Source: Camelus dromedarius
Taxonomy: Eukaryota
Reading direction: 5' to 3'
Assembly: GCF_036321535.1 (NCBI RefSeq)
Contig: NC_087437.1
Coordinates: 8,866,001 to 8,930,000, forward strand
Length of the DNA: 64,000 bases
Each line of letters begins with the position of its first letter. The first letter of the stretch is position 1. The notes beneath the pieces are model-generated. The model was not told the DNA's origin, searched no databases, and saw nothing but the letters and a program-made list of their open reading frames with translations. This document shows, piece after piece, positions 36,790-49,150 of this stretch. A program made the translations under genes and the position numbers.

Positions 36790-38009
36790 GTAAGTACTTT
36801 GAAACTGCATTTTTATTTATATAGAATTCAAGTAGGATTTTACAAGGACTTGTTGGTCGCCACCCTTTCTGAGGTAGTAGATGTAACTCCCACTGAGCCC
36901 AGGAAAAATCTTTGTGCTACAAAATCGAGTGACTTCAAAGTCTTTTGATTTTATTGTCCAATGTTATTATCAAAAGCACTTGTATACTTCCAGCCATTGA
37001 TGAACACAAAAACAAAATATCTAAATATAAAAGCAAGAATCGTAGGGAAATAAATCATAAAAAGAGACTTTTATAAATATATGGTTCTGATTTTTGATAG
37101 AGCCAGATTTTTCTGCAATTATTTTCCCATTGTCTCTTTCTACTTCAAATTCTTCCTAAATTTCTTAGACATTTTTAAAACTTAGTAGGGCTTTCTGCTA
37201 CCTGTGCTATGTTCCCATGCCTCAACCAACTCTTCCTTAAAATCTAAAGACAGCCTCAAAAGAACGTCTTTAATATCCTGATTTTACCATCTGTTATGCT
37301 GTTTTCTTGTGGGATTTCTTGGGGTTTGAGGTTAGGAGGATTGTTTGTAAGGCTCAGATGGAGAACCAAGCTCATTTGGCACCTTGAGATTCTCTGCTAT
37401 GTAGCTAGCTGGTTTTCTGTCCTTACTCCTTGCTGCATTCCTTTCTCTTCCTTTTCCCTGTCCATTTCCAATACCTCAGTACCACTCATTTGAATATTTT
37501 TCTCCCAAATAATATATATTGCTTTACTTGAGAGTCCTTGTTCATATATATATATATATATATTTTTTTTTTTTCTAGAATGTCCTTCCCATCAATATCC
37601 ACTGTCAAATACTGAGTTAATTTTGTAGATCTGCCAGTTCCACCACAAAACCAACCTTGCCCACCCAAGCTGGATTTTTTTTTTCCCCACACCCACATCC
37701 AGAGCATTTTATTCAGTTTTTGCTTCATTTATATATCTATGGTTCCTCTTTTGAGGTATTTCTACCTAGCTTCACTATTAAATTATAAACCATGACTCTA
37801 CATAGTGGAAACTGTATATTTTCCTTTATACTGCTTTCACGACTATAAAGATACTGAACCCAAAAGAGGTGGATGGGTGAAAAATTGAATTTAGACCATT
37901 TATTCCACAAGCTATTACCAACCACTTTTTACTTGCTTAGTGTGAGGCTAAGAGATTGGAATGCACATATGAATGAGGCATAGAAATATAGAATAGGTAA
38001 TTATTTATG

Positions 38010-41000
38010 GCATGATATCCACAAGATGGTGTAATAGGAAATCCCAGCCCTTATCATCCCATAGAAACACCGATTTAGTAACCATATACAGACCATAATA
38101 CCTTTATTAGAGCCCTAAAATCTGGTTAAGACATTGTAGCAGAGCAGCACAGGGCCAGGAACAATAACACTGAAATAAGTAAAAAGAGCAGTTTCACTTT
38201 ATCCACATCTTTCCTCCTTCAAATCCGCACAGCTCAGCACAGAGGAAGCTGGTTTTGGTGATTTCTCCCATGAAGAAAAGAGAGAATGAAGGGTGTGTCC
38301 AATGTCCCCAGGCTTTCTGGGCACTGCCTAAGAGACCCACTTCTTCATCCAGAGTGCTGAGGGACCGGCATAGCTGGAATGCCTTGGAGCAGCTAAAACA
38401 ATAGGAGGGACAGCTGACTCTCAGTTGATGGCGAGTATCTCAGCAGCCAGCTCGGGTCTGTAAGATTCAGAGATGACACACAGGAGGGAGGAGAGAGGGA
38501 GAGAAGTAAAACCTACACCCAGCACCCCAGCATCTCAGTGCACCTCCCTAGGGAAAACAGGGGGGCAGTTTTCGGTACCTGGCACATCTTAGTGGGACTG
38601 GGAGAAGGTGCACAGTACTGATTTTTTTCCTCTTCAAGTGGAAGGCAGGGAGGAAAGTGGAGCCCCAGCATTTTGTCCCAGATGATTCTCAGCACCTGTC
38701 ATGGTTCTGTGGGATTAGGAAAAGGTACATAATTCTGAGACTTTCACCCTGGGAGGAAGAGCACATGCATATCCATAAAAAAAGTTTTGAGATACTCTCA
38801 GAATGTCTGCCTGGGCTGAATGGGGAAGGCCGTTCCTTGCCAAGGGCACTCTTTAAAGACTAGGAAAAGTAGCTGCTTCTTCAAATGTACAGACATGAAT
38901 GACAAGCCATAGGAGGCACAAAAATTAGAAAAAATATAATACCATCAAAGAAACAAAAAGTAACCAATCTGAAAGAAATCTATGAACTGCCTGACAAAGA
39001 ATTTAAAATAATTGTCTTAAAGAAGCTCAGTGAGCCACACCGGAACACAGAGAGAAAACTAAGTGAAATCAGGAAAATGACATATGTACCAAATGAGAAC
39101 ATTAACAAAGAGATAGAAACCATAAAGAAAAAGAAATTCTGGGGTGAAGAATAAAATAACTGAACTGAAAAGTTCATTAGAGAGCTTCAGTATCACAGTC
39201 AATCAAACAGAAGAAAAATTCAGAGAACTCAAAGACAAATCATTTGAAATTATTCAGTCAGAGGAATGAAAAGAGAAAAGAATGAAAAAAGTGAAGAAAG
39301 TGTAAGTGATTTAGGAGGTGTTAAGATAAGTGATATATGCATTATGGGAGTCCCAGAAGGAGAAGAAAGAGAAAGGGGCAGGAAGATTATTTAGAGAAAT
39401 TATAGCCCCCAAACTACGCACATCTATGGAGGGAAAAAGACAGCTTGATTGATGAAGCCCAAGAAATTCCAAACAGGTTAGATCCAAAAGAGTTTATACT
39501 GAGACACATAAAATTTGTAGAATCAAAGACAAAGAGAATGTTTAAAGCAGCAAGAATAAGTGACAAATCTTGTAGCCCCTATAAGTCTATCAACAGATTT
39601 CTCAGCAGAAACCCTGCAGGCCAGAAGGAGGTGGGATGATATATATTCAAAGAGCTGAAAGAAAAGAAAAATGCTATCCAAAAATTCTATACCTCGTGAA
39701 ACTATCTTTTAAAAGTGAAGAGGAGATAAAGATGCTCTAGGCAAACAAAAGCTGAGGGAATTCATCACCACCAGAACTGCCTTACAAGAAATGTTAAAGG
39801 GATCCCTTCAAGTTGGAACAAAAGGACTGTAAACAACAAAATAAAGCATGTGAAAGTAGAAAATTCATTTGATAAAGGTAAATATAAAACAAGTACAGAA
39901 TATTATATCACTGTAATGGTTGTATGTAAATCATTCTTACTTTTAGCATAAAGGTCAAAATGAAAGAGTATTAAGTATAACTATAACTACAAAAAATTTT
40001 AATGGAAACACACTATAAAATGCTGTAAATTGTGACATCAAAAACATAAAGTGTGTGGGAGAAGAAGTAAAAGTGTAGATGTGATTAAAGTTAAAATTTT
40101 AACCTTAAAATAGGCTGTTACAATTATATGATGTTTTATGTAACTCTAATAATAATCACACACACACGCAAGATACCTATAGAAGATAACACAAAAGAAA
40201 AAGAAATTAAAAAACACTATAAACAGTGAAACACAAAGAAGCAAGCAAGATTGTAAAAGAGGAACAAGTGTTACAAGACAGACAGAAAATTATTAACAAA
40301 GTGGAAATAGTAAGTCCGTCCTTTCCTATCAATAATTACTTTAAATTAAATGGCTTATATTCTCCAGTGACAAGACATAGAGCGGATAAATTGATTAAAA
40401 AACAAGCAACTCATTTTAGATTTGAGGACACACACTGGCTGAAAGTGAAGGGATGAAAAAAGATATTCTATGCAAATGGTAAACAAAAGAGAGTATGAGG
40501 GATTGTACTTATATCAGACAACATAGACTTTAACTCAAAAATAGTCACAAGAGGAGGTGAGGGTATAGCTCAGTGGTAGAGTGCATGCTTAGAATGAACA
40601 AGGTCCTGGGTTCAATCCCCAGCACCTCCATTAAAAAATAAATAAATAAAGCTAATTATCTCCCTGCCAAAAAAATTTTTTAATTAAAAAAATTGTCACA
40701 AGAGACAAAGAAGGACAATACAATCATAAAAGGATAAATTAATCAGGAAGACACAACAATTATAAATATATATGCACTCAGCAAAACAATCCTAAAATTC
40801 ATATGAAATAACAAAAGACCCAATTATGAGAAGGAGAAACAAAGTTAGAAATGTCACACATTCAAGTGTTTAAATATATTGTGAAACTACAGTAATTAAA
40901 ACAGTAAGTTACTCACATAAAAGACATACAGATCAACGGAACAGAATAGAGAGCTCAGAAATAAACCCACGCATATACAGTCAACACATGTTCAACAAGG

Positions 41001-41670
41001 GACCCAAGAATACACAATAAGGAAAGGATGGCCTCTTTAACAATGGTGCTGGGAAAACTGGATATCTACTGGGTAGGGGGGAAAGAAAGCAAGTAAAAAA
41101 GAAAGAAGGAAATTGGACCCCTCTCTAACACCATACAAAAAAAGTCAACTCAAAACGGTGAAAAGACTCAATGTAAGACTGAAAGTTGTACAACTCCTAG
41201 AAGTAAATATAAGGGGGAAACTTCAGATATTGGTCCTGGCAATGATTTTATAAATCTAACACCAAAAGTCCAGGCAACAGAAGCAAAAGTAGACAAGCTG
41301 AGCTACATCACACTAAAAGGCTTCTGCACAGTAAGGGAAGCAGTCAACAGAGAGAAAAGGCAAACTATGGGATGAAAGGAAATATTTACAAACCCTATAT
41401 CTGAAAAGGATTCATTTCAAAATATATAAGAAACTCCTACAAATCAGCAGCAATAAATAAGTAAATAAATACTCCTAATAAAATATGTTAAAGGACCTAA
41501 ATAGACATTTTCCCAAAGAGGACATGCAAATGGCCAGCAGACATACTAAACACGCTCACCATCCCTGATCACTCTGGGAATTCAAATCAAAACCACAGCG
41601 AGATAACCCCTTACACCTGTTAGAATGGCTTTTACAAAAACAAACTAACAAAAAAGGGGAAAAATCAGGG
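38010..41670 (+). mobile_element. Old L1 skeleton: 5' UTR, decayed ORF1, ORF2 endonuclease, large deletion, late ORF2
   Basis: caagatggtgtaatagg 5' end; ORF1 motifs (gcattatgggagtcccagaaggagaag, gctgagggaattcatcaccaccagaactgcc); endonuclease remnants (LNGLYSP, HFRFEDTHWLKVKG); junction near 40782. Confidence 0.9.
40554..40687 (+). mobile_element. Vic-1-type SINE inside L1 ORF2
   Basis: gggtatagctcagtggtagagtgcatgcttag...ggttcaatccccagcacctcc; 17-bp TSD aaaaatagtcacaagag / aaaaattgtcacaagag. Confidence 0.93.
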
Positions 41671-41699
41671 AATACTCTTGTCTCTGATGTTGATTGTCG

Positions 41700-41950
41700 T
41701 TGTGTAGGAGTGTGATACCTGGAGCAATGAACCCTGCGCCTACGACTTTTCTTTCCTATATCCTTGCAAAACCACGCAAAACAGAAAGTTGGAAACATGT
41801 ATGGATCCTTCATAGTACTCTTGTTTCGTTGATTTAACCAGCCTTGAAACTCTCTACCTTTGAACTTGTTATGTGATAAAATACTTATCTCTATTGCTTG
41901 AACTACTGCTACTTGAAATTCTGTTCCTTGCAGCGAAATTTTCTTAATCA
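41700..41950 (+). mobile_element. Old MLT1 LTR 3' part
   Basis: accagccttgaaac...ctacctttgaacttgttatgtgataaa...ttctgttccttgcagc. Confidence 0.65.
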
Positions 41951-41989
41951 TTAACATCCTGTGAATATTGTGAAGATATAGAATGGTGA

Positions 41990-42720
41990 AAAGCAGAAAA
42001 GTAACGGAATCAGATTTGTCTTTTACAAATACCACTCTCAGTGTAGTGAAAAGACACAGAGCTGAGGAGAAGAACAGACCTGAGATTAGGTTGAAAGTTT
42101 TTCTATCAGGATGGGTAAATTGTGATGGGAAAATAAAGTAAGCAGCAGGAGATGTTAGAGCACCATTGCTTAGGTTCACTTCACAGAACGTCGGCTCTGA
42201 AGGATTTTAGGATGTACTAAATAGAAAAGTTTGGAGAGCAAGTCATAACTTGGTAAAAATACTAGGTTAAGCCAATTTAAATAAACTCTGATTTGCTAAA
42301 ATGCACTGTAAACTCTTGACTGGGGAGACTGAGTGACCGTATTTCCTATATGTAAAAGAATTTTCACTGAAGCATTTTCTGGAATTAATATGTGACAGAA
42401 TGCATTGCAGGAAATCCTAGACTTGGATTATATTCATTTGATAGAATCCCCCAAGCCTGAGGATTAAAAATGAGATAAAATGCCTCAGTTTCTACTTTGA
42501 GTGTTGGGGTGAATAATGGTATTATTTATTGTGACAGAAACTTTTGTGGGAAGATAATCAATTCATTCTTGGACATGCTGAATTTTGAATTGCCTGTAAA
42601 ATAACAAAGTGGGAAAATCTCTGGTAGTTATTTGAATATGCGTCTAAAGTTCAACAAAATTTTTCCTAGATATGTGGGTAGCGATTAAAGTCTTATGAGT
42701 AGGATAAATTGTTTTGATTA
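41990..42720 (-). mobile_element. Diverged L2 fragment with a probable hAT MITE remnant at ~42155-42420
   Basis: gtaacggaatcagatttg...accactctc; attcattcttggacatgctgaattttga. Confidence 0.5.
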
Positions 42721-43229
42721 ATTCTTTAGTAGGGGCTTGGATTGAGCTTCCTGTCTGTCTAATTGAGGGCTAATTTGAGGCTTGGAGAGCACCCCTGGTA
42801 AATAGAATTGGACAGCCATTGCCAGTGAAATGTCTAAGATGGAGAAATGTAGGGTTGGTGCAAGGTGCACCTTTTTAACGTAGCTGTTCATCCTCCTTCT
42901 CTATTGAAAAAGGCAACTTTGAAAGGCACAGATTCACCCCGTAGAGGTTAGAGGTGGATAACGAGTGTTAGCCTCCAGCAACACCTGTGATGTGTGAACT
43001 TTGGGCAATACCAGAGAATCTCTAAGGTCTCTCTCAGTCTTGAGTGCAAGCGTTTCTGTTACTAACTTCAGCTGAAGTTGGAGATGAGCCATAAAGCCAT
43101 ATAAACCCAATTAAGGTTATACTTTTAAGAGGCCCCAAACTTAAACTGTTGGTATTTTTGGATGGAGCACATGATGAGCATCATTTTCGTGAACTCTGGA
43201 ACAAAGCGATTCACAAAGACCACTCATTA

Positions 43230-44215
43230 AACACTCTCTCTCCTTCCTGAAGACAGTATGAGTGCTTATACCACTAGCATTCCATGTCAAAATGCATATC
43301 TGAACTCTCTCCTTTCTTAACAAGCTCTAGAAGTGACATGCCATGGAGAAACTGCACGGCAAAATTGCCAAGATGGTCATCATCTCAGTCTGACTCATTG
43401 GGCCCAGCTCTAAGCAAGGAGATCATGACTGCTCCCACCTTTTCTTGCCATGTATTCAGGGAATGACCATTGGAGCTGCTTAGAGCCTTGACACAAAACA
43501 AAAACAAGTAGACGGTGATGAAACAGAGGCCAGAAAACAGGGACATAGAGAGAGAGAACATACATAGACGATTATATACAGCAGACTCACCAAGAGGAAA
43601 TACATTGTCTAATTTTCCATCCCCAAATTTACTTGTTTAATTTCATTTTGGGCAGTTATACTGAATGCCTAGCATTGTTCAGCGTGGCAGAAGAGAAACT
43701 CAGTAAGAAGAGATTCTGACCGCAACTTCAGAACTTTTAAGTCAGATAGAATTAAGAGAAAGAAAATAGATGAGGAAGAGAGCAGAGCCAGGGGAAAATG
43801 GACAAATAAGAACTTTTTCTGAGAGAAGACTCAGGACCTAATCAAAGCACTCCTTCCCCAGCTCCCAGAGTAGGGATTCCTTATCATGTCTACCTAGTGG
43901 GATTTAGACTCATTATGTTCTAGCAACTGCTGTATGTCTCTCATTTTTCCCCTTCCACAAAAAAGAGTGTTGCATTGTAGTTATCCTAGTTAGGCGTCGG
44001 TGTGGAGGGTAAGATAATTAGCCGTGCTGTTCGTCAGACTCAAGAAGGTGATGCTCTACATCCAGTCTGATGGAGATGCTGCCGCCTCACACTCAGAGAC
44101 TCCGGATTTTGAGGATGCAGGGTTCATGTGGGGCTTTTGTTGTCCCCTTGCGGGAGAGTCTGAGTATATGCACTGCATGTGAAGAAAGGAACAAAAGGAT
44201 GTATGAATTCTAGAG
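43230..44215 (+). mobile_element. MaLR (MLT1) internal-region remnant
   Basis: ggatttagactcattatg...actgctgtatgtctctcattttcccc...ttgtagttatcct...agataattag...tgagtatatgcactgcatgtgaag resembles the MLT1-int 3' end. Confidence 0.55.
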
Positions 44216-44234
44216 AAATTTTAATCTTTTTTTA

Positions 44235-44625
44235 ATTAAAAAAATTTTATTGAAGTGTCATTGATTTACAATGTTAGTTTCAGATGTCCAGTAAAGTGAT
44301 TCAGTTACACATATACAGACACATATATTTTTTTTCTTTTCAGATTCTTTTCCATTATATGTTATTACAAGAAATTGAACATAGTTCCCTGTGCTGGATA
44401 GTAGGTCCTTGTTGTTTATCTATTTTACACATAGTAATGTGTGTCTGTTAATCCCCAGCTTCTAATTTATCCCTCCCCACCCTTTCCCCTTTGGTGACCA
44501 TAGCTTGTTTTCTATGTCTGTGAGTCTGTTTTTGGTTTGTAAATACAATCTGTATCCTTTTTTATTAGATTCCACAAATAAGTGATATCATATGATAGTT
44601 GCCCTTCTCTGTCTGACTTACTTCC
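44235..44625 (-). mobile_element. Cetartiodactyl L1 3' end
   Basis: ttttattgaagtgtcattgatttacaatgt...agtaggtccttgttgttta...tagattccacaaataagtgatatcata. Confidence 0.88.
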
Positions 44626-45420
44626 TATGTTCACCCAATATTTGTATGCTCTCTACTCATTTCCCAGACATGTTTGCAGTTAGGTTGGGGCCCTGTGTAG
44701 ATACGGCAGTAGACCACAAGCAAAGCTGGTATGTGTTACTTGGTGGATGACACAGTCAGAATCTAGGATGACACTTCTATTCTTGTCTTCTGCTGCCATG
44801 GCAGGTTTTTTTTTTTCTTATTGAAGTACAGTCAGTGACAATGTATCAATTTCTGGTGCACAGCACAGTGTCCCAGTCATGCATATACATACCTGTATTC
44901 ATTTTCATATTCTCCTTCATTGAAGGTTATTACAAGATACTGACCATAGTCCCCTGTGCTATACAGAAGAAACTTCTTTAAGATCTATTTTTATATATAG
45001 TGGCTAATATTTGTAAATCTCAAACTCCCAAATTTATCCCTTCCCACCCCATTTCTCCCGGTAACCATAAGACTGATTACTATGTCTGTGAGTCTACTTC
45101 TGTTTTGTCGATGAGGTCATAGTGTCCTTTTTTTTTTTCCCTTTTTCTTTTTTTTAAGATTGCACATGTGAGTGACATCATATGGTATTTTTCTTTCTCT
45201 TTCTGGCTTAGTTCACTTAGAAGGATGGACTCTATATCCATCCATGTTGCTGCAAATGGAATTATTTTATTCTTTTTTGTGGCTGATGCCATGGCAGGGT
45301 GAAGTGCATCTGGTTTATCTGGTACGGCCAAAAGAGGGAGGAAGATTATCTTAACCTGAACTGGACCGTGTTCAAAAGCTGAGATCTGGAAGTTTGTTTA
45401 TTGCAAGTGCTAATGTTTAT
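44626..45420 (+). mobile_element. MLT1 (H/I/J-like) LTR interrupted by L1
   Basis: catttcccagacatgtttgcagttaggttggggcc...gctgagatctggaagtttgtttattgc. Confidence 0.55.
44806..45286 (-). mobile_element. Young 5'-truncated L1 3' end
   Basis: Perfect 12-bp TSD tgccatggcagg (44794-44805 / 45287-45298); minus translation SATKKNKIIPFAATWMDIESILLSELSQKEKEKYHM. Confidence 0.93.
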
Positions 45421-45809
45421 CACCTTGCTGGATGGATTCCTGGGAGGAAGGGCCTAGGACGTGTTCTCACAGGGCAAGGCTTAATGACTAGCACCCCTCG
45501 TTTCTTCTCCAATATCACACGCACCCTTGTGAGAGATAGTTACAACTCTTATGTCTTTCAATCCTCCATTTCCACAATTGGTTCAACGAAAAGTTTACTA
45601 AATTGGCCTTCCCCTTTGTGTGCCTTTTGAAGTGAAGTAACTTATCTCTGGCTGTGGCCTTTTCCCCAAACATTAGTGAATTTATTATCCTACCATCTGG
45701 CCAGAAATTACTTTTCCTTCTCTGCTTTGCAACCCCAGTCTACTGGGTTTGCTTCTCCTAATTTACATCAGAACACTTCCTTTCTTATTGCACATTTCTT
45801 CAAAGAAGG

Positions 45810-46035
45810 CAATATTCCATTATTTAATACGGAACTTACAGAGTTCGAGGGCTCATTCACATGTGGCAATGCATTTGATTCTCAAAATAACTGTGGATTC
45901 TGGCATGAATGGTATTATTTATACCTTATCCCCATCTTCCAGATGAGGAAACTGAGTCTCAAGGGACTTCCCCAAATCACCTGGCTGTGACCGTGCACCC
46001 ATGACTTCTCCTGAGTCTCGGTTTACCACTCTACC
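45810..46035 (-). mobile_element. MIR SINE
   Basis: tatccccatcttccagatgaggaaactgagtctcaagggacttccccaaatcac. Confidence 0.8.
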
Positions 46036-47015
46036 TTTATTACCTTTTGCCAATTCTCCCCTTTGTTCCTGATCCTGTATCTTGTATGTCCATCTATCAT
46101 TCAAATGAAATCTGACATATCTTGAAATCTGCATTACTGTGCCTAAAATCATGTTACGGTAACCATGCGATGAGTTTTAAGAAAGAAAAAGTTGGAAACC
46201 TAAACCAGAAACAGCAGCGCTAACTATACTTCCGCTAAAAAGAAAAAGAAAAAAAGAAACAGCAAAGCTAAAAAGATAGGCGAGAAACAGACATTTGAGT
46301 TGCTTTTGGTGGCTTTTTGTTTGTTTTCTGTTTTGAGTCTTGTGAATTCACACATTTTGATTTTTGCTATTGAAACGATTCCTGAATGTTCTTGTTCAAT
46401 TCTTGATCCTCATGAACAAGCTTTTCTCCAGGTCTAAGCAACTGAGCTAGAATTGAGGATTGAAAAGGTTAGGAAAGTTTGAGTGAAAAAAATCAATTCA
46501 AACAAATATATATATAAATCTCATACTGTATGTATATATATGTATGTACATATATACATATGTACTCTATGTACATATATAGTTTGATACATTTTTTGTA
46601 AAGCTTAAAAATAAGCAAACATAAATAGCACATATGGGGTAAAACTCTATAAATAAAAATGGAAGGACAAATATAAAACTAAGACACAGTTATCTCTGGG
46701 GGAATATAGGAGGCTAGTATTAGATGAGAGAAACACACTGGAATTTCACTGGTATTTGGTAATAGTTTAGTTGTCAACTGGGTGGTGGGTTCATGACTGT
46801 TCAATTCATTCATAATTTATAGATTAACTACAAAAAGTTTTGAAAATAGGAATTTTTTAAAACAACTCAGAGGTGAGCAAATACCTCTACTTTCAATAGC
46901 TAACAAGCCTTAATGGGCTACAACTCTATCCACTGACTGAAGAAATATTTATATTGTCTAGGTGTGTTCATTTCATTTGAATTCCGATGTCCCTCCAATC
47001 AAAAAGGAAACTCTC

Positions 47016-47633
47016 TGTGGCAGAGAGACCTGGAGATGATGCCCAGGGATCCCCATCTCCTGGTGGTCGTGCTTTGTGTATTTCCCTCCACTGGAATGTG
47101 GCTGTGGCCTGTGACTTGTTTTAAACCAACTGAATAAAGGATGTCACCCTTATAATTAATTTAGGTTATGTAGCAAAGGTGGTAGGATGTCACTCCCATG
47201 ATGACATCATGTCATAAGATTCTGCCTTGCTAGCAAATCAGAGCTACAGATTGTCCTTGCAGGCTTGACGAAATAAGCAGTCCTGTTAGGGAGACCGTGT
47301 GACAAAGAACTGTGGGCTGACAAAGAGCTGTAGGACCTAGAGGAACCTCCAGCTGACAGCCAGCAAAAAGCCGGAGCCCTCCGTGAGGTAACTAAGGAGG
47401 AAATGAATCCTGCCAATAAACTGCATGGGCTTGGAAATAGAGTCTTCCCCACTCAAGTCTCCAGTTGAGAATTCAGCCCGTCCAATACCTTGATTGCAGA
47501 CCTGTGAGATTCAGCTAAACTGTGCCAAGAGTCTTGACTCATGAAAACTGTGAGCTAATAAATAACAAATGTGGATTGTTTTGAGTTGCTAAGTTTGTGG
47601 TCATTTGTTATGCAACAATAGATAACTAATGCA
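47016..47633 (+). mobile_element. MLT1E-type MaLR solo LTR
   Basis: tgtggcag...gatccccatctcctggtg...cagctgacagccagcaa...gctaagtttgtggtcatttgttatgcaacaatagataactaatgca. Confidence 0.9.
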
Positions 47634-48729
47634 CATCCTTTAAACATAAGCATATGTTTAAAGATAACCATAAACATAACTATGTGATTCATTTCTGTAC
47701 ACAGTCACAAACTTTGCTTTTGGAGGTCATTATAATGTTATTTCTAATGTCATTCATGTGATCATTTTTATAAAGCTATCAAACCTACAGAAGACATTTT
47801 CTTTTTGGCTAAAGTTATTGACAGCTCACTTCTTGAGATATAAAAATTGATAAGCCTTATTATTTCTACTTTAAGTGGCATAATACTAGTTGCCTTTCCC
47901 AATAGACATTTAATTATCATTTTAGTTTCATGTGGCAGTGAGTACTAAATTTAAACATGGTTACAGAACAGTTTTTTGGGTTTTTTTTTTTAGTTTAGTT
48001 TATAATTTCAAACTAAACTTGAGGCTTTGGCTTTGTATTAAGAGAATATTAAAGAAATTGAAATTTCTCCTAGGCTGACTATTTTGATTGATTTAAAACT
48101 GAAGGTGATCATAAGAAAAAAAATTGGAGATGTAACTAGTCAGTTTTATCAAATAGATTAAAAAATCATAAAAGAATAATTCTTGTAGTGTGAAGATAAA
48201 ACTTACTGAATACTACTTAAAAACTGTCCTGTGATTCAATATAAATAAAATTTTCTATTTTGAGGCTGTCTGTTTTATACTCAGCCCTCCCTCCTTACCT
48301 CAGGCTATAGGGTTTGAATGAGTCTTGAAGTGAATGGCAAAGCCTCAAACCAACATGGGGAATAAAAGAACTTAGAGAGATATGGGGGAAAAGTAAATAA
48401 TGTCACCATGTCCTGATGATATTGTTCAAGAGTCCTGAGACACATGGTCAGAACCCGAGTGTATTCCTGAAATAAAATGGCAGCCTCAGCTGGTTCATGA
48501 CAGATAACTATCTCTCTCTGGTGCAAACTGTGTTAGAAGGTGATCTCAGAAAACAATGGTATCAGTTCATTAAGACAGCATTTGGAGGATTGCATTAAAT
48601 GAAATACATTACAGTAAGTGAAATCAGGTGGACATAGAGCTCTATTAGAAAGCTGTCAAGTATCCAAAAGAAAAAGGTTAAAAAATTTATTCCTGGGTCA
48701 CTATTACAGCCATGAAGGTGAACTGTTCA

Positions 48730-49150
48730 CATGTCCTTTCCAAAGAGGGTAGGTTGTGAGAAGTTTAGCTGAATCCCCAGCACCAAGGTCTGTCTCAGAT
48801 TTCCCGTCAAGGCAGCCTCCAGTGGTGACTGAGCACGGTGTGGACCCAAGGGCTCACCCTTTCTGGTCATCCTGGCTTCTCCACTACGGGCGAGCTTTGC
48901 GTTGAGATTCCCTGGTGGGCTAGCTGGGATTTTTCCAGAGCTGCACTGGGGTCTCAGGGTCTTCCTACCCTGTCCTTCTTCCATCCCCCTCCATTTATAG
49001 GTGTGAGGCCAGAATCATGGTCAGAAGTCTTTCCCTGGTTACTTTTGCCGTGTCTCATTTTTTTTTCCCTCAGAGGCATCACCTCCAAAAACTCTCCTGC
49101 ACATCCATTTTCCTTTCGGCACCAGTTTCTCAGAGACCCAGAGCTGTCAC
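48730..49150 (+). mobile_element. LTR16A-type ERVL LTR
   Basis: agagctgcactggggtctcagggtcttcctaccc...cacctccaaaaactctcctgcac...tttctcagagacccaga. Confidence 0.75.

Noticed and set aside
36562..36948. 128-aa single-exon ORF
   Set aside because: Only the 53-nt splice-bounded part looks exonic; the rest is AT-rich intron-like sequence.
40554..40632. tRNA-Ala-like sequence (also at 55822 and minus-strand copies)
   Set aside because: Followed by the SINE-specific tail and poly(A) and flanked by TSDs, so these are SINE heads, not tRNA genes.
41556..42179. Longest ORF in the track (207 aa, minus)
   Set aside because: Crosses L1, MLT1 and L2 remnants of different origins, has a non-ATG start and no domain-like content; a chance ORF.
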